DNA of 64,000 nt from a virus. The stretch lies in IMG/VR virus record IMGVR_UViG_3300001472_000003, positions 64,001 through 128,000 of that record; one strand, 5' to 3'. How positions within the stretch are numbered: the stretch's first letter is position 1; each line of letters begins with the position of its first letter. A model generated the notes under the pieces. The model was not told the DNA's origin. It made no database searches and was given only the letters and a program-made list of their open reading frames with translations. Positions 59,406 through 64,000 of the stretch are shown piece after piece. A program made the translations under genes and the position numbers.

Positions 59406-60089
59406 ATGAATTTTGTTTGTGTTAATTTTGGCAACATGTACCATAATGCATATGTAGACGCTCTTTATTATATGATATTTATGCGTAATAAAATAAACAG
59501 CTTTACATGTATTACTGATAGAAAAAGAAATATTAGAAAAGAGATTAACCAAATAATAATTAGTGATGACGAATACGAAGGCGCATGGAATAAACTTTAT
59601 TGCTTTCATGATATAGATTTGCCGAATGAATTTGTATTATTGGATTTAGATATTGTATTGCAATCTAAATTTAAATTTAATGAACTAAAAGAAATAATTG
59701 ATAACAATAAGTTATTATTTGTTAATGCAGATTGGGCTATAGATAGTAGACCTTATCAGCCTACCCAAATAAATTCATCTTTACTGTATATTAATAAAAA
59801 TTTAAAATCCTATAATAAAATTAGAAAATCTATAGACAAGGGAGATTGGTATCCATATGCTACTATGGATAGATATTTATTTAATATACTTAATAAAAAA
59901 GAAATAGGTTATTTTGATTCATTAAAAATATATTCATATATGGATAATGAATATATGGAAAAAAATTATGATGTATGTCTTTTAAATAAATTTGATGGCA
60001 AAATATTCGATTATATTATAAGTAGTAACTGGATATTTAAATACTACCCAATTCATCTTTCATATCCATCCACATATCATATTGATTAA
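59406..60089 (+). CDS. Glycosyltransferase-like protein (GT-A, DxD)
   Basis: CVNFGxxY...YV, CITD, WNKL, LLDLDIV, INSS; only convincing plus-strand gene. Confidence 0.7.
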   Translation: MNFVCVNFGNMYHNAYVDALYYMIFMRNKINSFTCITDRKRNIRKEINQIIISDDEYEGAWNKLYCFHDIDLPNEFVLLDLDIVLQSKFKFNELKEIIDNNKLLFVNADWAIDSRPYQPTQINSSLLYINKNLKSYNKIRKSIDKGDWYPYATMDRYLFNILNKKEIGYFDSLKIYSYMDNEYMEKNYDVCLLNKFDGKIFDYIISSNWIFKYYPIHLSYPSTYHID

Positions 60090-60699
60090 TAATATATGAT
60101 ATAGTTATTCTGCTGCCAGATTTATTAGCCGCACAATGCCAAACTTTTTTATTGCCCTCATCATGACCACCAAAATACCCAGTTTTTACATTCCAACCAA
60201 TACTATCTTTATGTATAATATATTTTTTAGCACTTAAATCATATTCTTCAAAATATCCACCACCACAATCACTATATGTAAATAATACATTATATCCTCT
60301 AGCATTAGCATTATGATGCCATCCTATATATCCATTTACGGGGTAATATGTTAGCAAAGAATTGTTAGATGCACCTAATTCCGATGTCATATTATTAGCA
60401 AGACTCATGACTTTATCTCTATTATTTAATTTATGAGCACCTACACTTGTTCTATAGTCTATAAGTAATGAACATTCAGGAAAGCCTTCGTGCTTATTGC
60501 CATTCATAAGCCATTGATGGTAATCATAACTTGTTCCACTTGTAATATCCATTCCATCATTATACTCTTTACCATCTCTACCTAATCTTTCATCATATGC
60601 TATATCATATAATGTTTTAGTGTCTTCAGATAAAATATTATCTTTAATATCATTTAAAATATGTAATATACTTTTATTTTTAATCTCTATCTTGTCCAT
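60037..60699 (-). CDS. Cupin / 2OG-Fe(II) oxygenase-like protein
   Basis: YPVNGYIGWHHN...WHCA...RITISY (HxN..H..R layout). Confidence 0.6.
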   Translation of the reverse strand: MDKIEIKNKSILHILNDIKDNILSEDTKTLYDIAYDERLGRDGKEYNDGMDITSGTSYDYHQWLMNGNKHEGFPECSLLIDYRTSVGAHKLNNRDKVMSLANNMTSELGASNNSLLTYYPVNGYIGWHHNANARGYNVLFTYSDCGGGYFEEYDLSAKKYIIHKDSIGWNVKTGYFGGHDEGNKKVWHCAANKSGSRITISYIINQYDMWMDMKDELGSI

Positions 60700-61414
60700 C
60701 TATCCACTCTTTCTTTAAAGTATGATGCATTATAACTATATCAGATTTAACTTCAGATTTTTTATATGTATTAACATAATTCCATCTTGCATCGTCTTCC
60801 ATTATATCTATTTTCATTTTATGATTTTTTATATTTAAAAGGAACCACCATGCGAATTGGTCCCATTGTTTAACACTATTTAAATATTCAGGATATTTAA
60901 TAGTAAATTCTTTAGATGATTGATACTTAAATTGTTTATACCAAATATCTAAAAATTTTAAAATATGGGGCCTTTTCCAATACCCGAATATACCACAATG
61001 ATGAATCATTTTTGCATTGTCATTTTTTTCTTTTGTTAAAAATACTTCTGCTGCAGCATATTTACGAATTGAGGTAGTACATATATCTGCTTCATCCGAT
61101 AATTGATCAAAGATTAAGGATATATCTTCATGCATAATTTCCGTATCTGCATCTATATAAAATGTTTTATCATATGGAGTCTTAGATAACATGTACAGTT
61201 TAGTACGAATATTATATGGACAATCAGTTATAATAGAATCAAATACACCAGAGTTATTGGCTATTGTCCTCCATCGTTCCTCAGTATATAAAGTAATATT
61301 TGCTTCAGGGTAATAATCTTTTAAAGATTCTGCAGAATATATTGCACTATGAAGATATGGTATTTTGCACGTAGCAGCATACATAAACCCATTTTTATTT
61401 TTTATTTCGTTCAT
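60680..61414 (-). CDS. Nucleotide-diphospho-sugar transferase (GT8-like)
   Basis: TPYDKTFYIDADT, WDQF, RWN, IMHH. Confidence 0.75.
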   Translation of the reverse strand: MNEIKNKNGFMYAATCKIPYLHSAIYSAESLKDYYPEANITLYTEERWRTIANNSGVFDSIITDCPYNIRTKLYMLSKTPYDKTFYIDADTEIMHEDISLIFDQLSDEADICTTSIRKYAAAEVFLTKEKNDNAKMIHHCGIFGYWKRPHILKFLDIWYKQFKYQSSKEFTIKYPEYLNSVKQWDQFAWWFLLNIKNHKMKIDIMEDDARWNYVNTYKKSEVKSDIVIMHHTLKKEWIDGQDRD

Positions 61415-61808
61415 TAATTATACCAACAATTGTGTTTACTAAAACTTCCATTTTATTTTTGGATTTTCGTATAGAACGTTTAAATTCTTTGTTGGTTGTA
61501 TTTTTTACTTCATCCATCTCAAATGCTTCAAGTTTTGCCATAAACAATTCTTCACCATCTATTCTTGCTTTATTTTCAACATCACGTTGATTTTTTCTGC
61601 TTTGCATTTCTCTAAATATGCGCAAAGATTCATCAGTATTTTTATCTATTTGTTGGATTGTATATTGTGATATAAGTGATTTATAATCACTATTTCTTTC
61701 ATCTCTAGGTATAATAATTTTTACCTTATTACCATTATCATCAACACTATTAACTTCTATTTGTTTTTTTTCTTCTGGTATTAACCATTTGGGTTCTATA
61801 TATCTCAT
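61395..61808 (-). CDS. Hypothetical protein
   Basis: LFMAKLEAFE...IRKSK motif; co-transcribed with repeat protein and GT. Confidence 0.7.
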   Translation of the reverse strand: MRYIEPKWLIPEEKKQIEVNSVDDNGNKVKIIIPRDERNSDYKSLISQYTIQQIDKNTDESLRIFREMQSRKNQRDVENKARIDGEELFMAKLEAFEMDEVKNTTNKEFKRSIRKSKNKMEVLVNTIVGIINERNKK

Positions 61809-61811
61809 AAT

Positions 61812-63215
61812 CTATGCTATCCTCAACCATAATGCAATTGTTGTAATACTGTTTTTAGAACTTGATACAGTATCACTTGTGAAATTACCTGTATAATTAC
61901 CACTATATTCTGCTGTAAAATCCCTAGAATATGACCCAGTAAACATACGTGTATACTCTCTATTATATATGCCTGTAAAACTACCAGTATATTGCCTATT
62001 ATAAGATCCTGTATATTGCCTATTATACGATCCAGTATACTGTCTATTATATGTTCCCGCATAATAGCCAATATATGATCCTACATATGAACCTGTAAAT
62101 CCAACTGGGCCAACTCTAGTATAACTTCCAGTATAATAATTGTAATGATAGCTAGGCCTTCCATTAAAATATGAAGTACCTACATGACGGGCATATGTTC
62201 CGGTAAAATATCCAGTTATTTGTTGTGATGTATAAGTTCCAGTATAACTTCCAGAATAACTCCCCGAAAAATTTGTTGTTAATGCACCTGTATATTGTCC
62301 TGTATATTGGCCGGTATATTGGCCACTATAACTTGCTGTAAAATCTCTATTATATACTCCTGTATATTGTCCAGTAAAGCTTCCTTGATATTGACCAGTA
62401 AATAATCCAGTATATTGTCTATTATATGTTCCTGTAAATGATCCTATGTATGTATTTGCCGCAACTTGTTGCCTTGTATCAATAAATGTATCACCTACTT
62501 GAACCCATGTTCCAGTTGTTGGTGGTATTGTGGCTAACGAATATCTACCCACTTCTGTAGATGCAATTCTATTTCTATATCTATCTGTTAATGTTTCTAT
62601 TTCAACATCAGTCATTTCTTGCATTGTGCCATCTATACCAAGCTTTAATGGTCTTATTACTGTTGGTAAAGAATCATTTGTTTTTTTCCAAAGATAAGAT
62701 GTGTTAGAAGAACTACCCCCACTACCTCCAAATGTATCTGTTAATGATGCAACTGATACCCAAGTGCCTGAAAATATTGTAGCGGGAGTTGCTGTAGAAA
62801 GATAATATTGACTTATAGATGGTGTTGATGTATTAGCTAAATTAGATGAAATATAATTCATAATATTGTTATCTAAATTATTACTAGACATTGGTCTAGG
62901 TTTTTTATTATCTAATTCTAAAGGACTAACAGTTGTTTCTGATACTGAGACAAGATTCTGTGATAAAGTTGTAGTAGTTGTAGTTATTTGACCATTTGCT
63001 GGATGTGTGCCAATAGACTCCACTCTTGCAGTATCTGAAAAATAACCTATTGTAGTACCAACACCTGCTATATTTAATGCACCTGTACTATTATCAGACT
63101 CTAATGATACTTTTCTTAATACTAAGTGTGTGATATAATCCATATCTGTATTAGACATTTCTTGAATATCAACTGAAGTATTTCCAGTTCGTATTAATTT
63201 TAAAGGGTTGCCCAT
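61812..63215 (-). CDS. Putative fibre-tip protein with (Y/F)xGx tetrad repeats
   Basis: Three PLxL...QEM repeats followed by about 42 aromatic tetrads; directly downstream of a fibre gene. Confidence 0.7.
   Translation of the reverse strand: MGNPLKLIRTGNTSVDIQEMSNTDMDYITHLVLRKVSLESDNSTGALNIAGVGTTIGYFSDTARVESIGTHPANGQITTTTTTLSQNLVSVSETTVSPLELDNKKPRPMSSNNLDNNIMNYISSNLANTSTPSISQYYLSTATPATIFSGTWVSVASLTDTFGGSGGSSSNTSYLWKKTNDSLPTVIRPLKLGIDGTMQEMTDVEIETLTDRYRNRIASTEVGRYSLATIPPTTGTWVQVGDTFIDTRQQVAANTYIGSFTGTYNRQYTGLFTGQYQGSFTGQYTGVYNRDFTASYSGQYTGQYTGQYTGALTTNFSGSYSGSYTGTYTSQQITGYFTGTYARHVGTSYFNGRPSYHYNYYTGSYTRVGPVGFTGSYVGSYIGYYAGTYNRQYTGSYNRQYTGSYNRQYTGSFTGIYNREYTRMFTGSYSRDFTAEYSGNYTGNFTSDTVSSSKNSITTIALWLRIA
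61872..62450 (-). repeat. 12/24-nt coding tandem repeats (YTGQ, YTGSYNRQ)
   Basis: e.g. cctgtatattgt/cctgtatattgg/ccggtatattgg and three 24-nt units near 61984-62060. Confidence 0.85.
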
Positions 63216-63227
63216 TATATATTTTCC

Positions 63228-64000
63228 TTATTGTGGCCAAGCCACATCGCCATTTGCATATAAAATTTCTAATTTAGCACCAGTACTATCAACAATACGC
63301 GCTGCAGTGCTTAAAACAATATTAGCATTAAAATTGGTTACCGCATCAAATGTGTCAATAGTCTCTTTTAATGTAGTTCCACTTGATAATCCTATTTCTA
63401 ATGTATTATTACTATTTTTCCAATCAAGAGAAGCAACACCAGCTACAGAAACATCAGATACACTTGTTATTCTGCCTTTATTATCTACTGTAAATTGAGG
63501 CACAGCAGATGCACTACCATATGTTCCTGCAACAACTCCCGAAGTAGCTAACCTTGCTGCAACTAAAGTACCAGAAGATATATTTGATGCATTTCTATAA
63601 TATGAACCTTCTTGACCATCTAATAAATCTGCATCTAATCCACTAGTAGCACCGTCATTATTCTCATGCCATATTTGATAAGAATGTGTAGCATTAGAAC
63701 TAATTACTAATCCACTATTACCAATACCAGTATTAGCTACTCTTATATTTATTGGCGTAGTACTATCTGCATCTGTGTCAGCAATATGGACAGTACCATT
63801 ACCAGAAATATGTAAAGTATTAGCTTGAACGTTCCATCTTTTAGTAGATGATCCTAATGATATTGCATTTGTAGTAGGAATAACATTGTTAGCAAAATAA
63901 CCTTTTGTATCTATAATATCTCCATTATTATCACCTAAAACTGTGTTTCCGGCAACAGAAAAATCACTTGTTACAGAAATTTCTTCGATAGTGGCATTGG
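63228..64000 (-). CDS. Tail fibre protein, 3' part (start beyond window end)
   Basis: Frame open from window edge by manual translation; WHENNDGATSGLDADLLDGQEGSYY and AGTYGSA..VPQFTVDNKGRIT fibre motifs. Confidence 0.8.
   Translation of the reverse strand, partial: NATIEEISVTSDFSVAGNTVLGDNNGDIIDTKGYFANNVIPTTNAISLGSSTKRWNVQANTLHISGNGTVHIADTDADSTTPINIRVANTGIGNSGLVISSNATHSYQIWHENNDGATSGLDADLLDGQEGSYYRNASNISSGTLVAARLATSGVVAGTYGSASAVPQFTVDNKGRITSVSDVSVAGVASLDWKNSNNTLEIGLSSGTTLKETIDTFDAVTNFNANIVLSTAARIVDSTGAKLEILYANGDVAWPQ

Noticed and set aside
61872-62450. Possible CRISPR array
   Set aside because: Repeats are in-frame coding 12/24-mers with third-position variation and no spacers
2136-63498. 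Many plus-strand and nested ORFs in the ORF track (e.g. 30716..31102, 36154..36723, 57998..58465)
   Set aside because: Antisense or alternate-frame shadows of well-supported genes, with no recognisable motifs
1-64000. Stop-codon reassignment and tRNA genes
   Set aside because: Core genes are full length in the standard code; no cloverleaf or T-loop motif seen in the short intergenic gaps

Overview
64-kb segment of an AT-rich, T4-like (Tevenvirinae-related) myophage genome with almost every gene on the minus strand; the habitat and host are not certain, but several signals point to an aquatic proteobacterial (probably alphaproteobacterial) host. By increasing coordinate it holds: small early genes behind repeated sigma70-type promoters; the replication block (41, uvsX, 43, regA, 62, 44, 45) with a lysozyme and an hsp20 operon that carries an RpoH-type promoter and a ROSE-like RNA thermometer; a 7-deazaguanine DNA-modification locus (queE, queD, folE, queC, a stand-alone class II glutamine amidotransferase, two divergent TGT-like TIM-barrel genes, DUF3310, a dUTPase/dCTP-deaminase-fold gene, a glycosyltransferase), split by a 3.3-kb cassette containing denV; genes 46/47/55/uvsW/uvsY; the canonical head-tail block (3, 23, 22, 21, 20, 19, 18, 17, 16, 15, 14, 13); and about 23 kb of fibre/adhesin genes. 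Most notable are (i) a putative virion-protein modification module in which two glycosyltransferases and a cupin oxygenase sit beside a protein with a mirror-symmetric 19+19 (Y/F)xGx tetrad 'needle'; (ii) the atypical deazaguanine locus; (iii) beta-propellers inserted inside other domains of four paralogous fibres; (iv) a phage-borne RNA thermometer; and (v) twin CCTCTATATAGAGG palindromes in a fibre-gene leader. All family assignments come from motif recognition by eye; no database searches were run.
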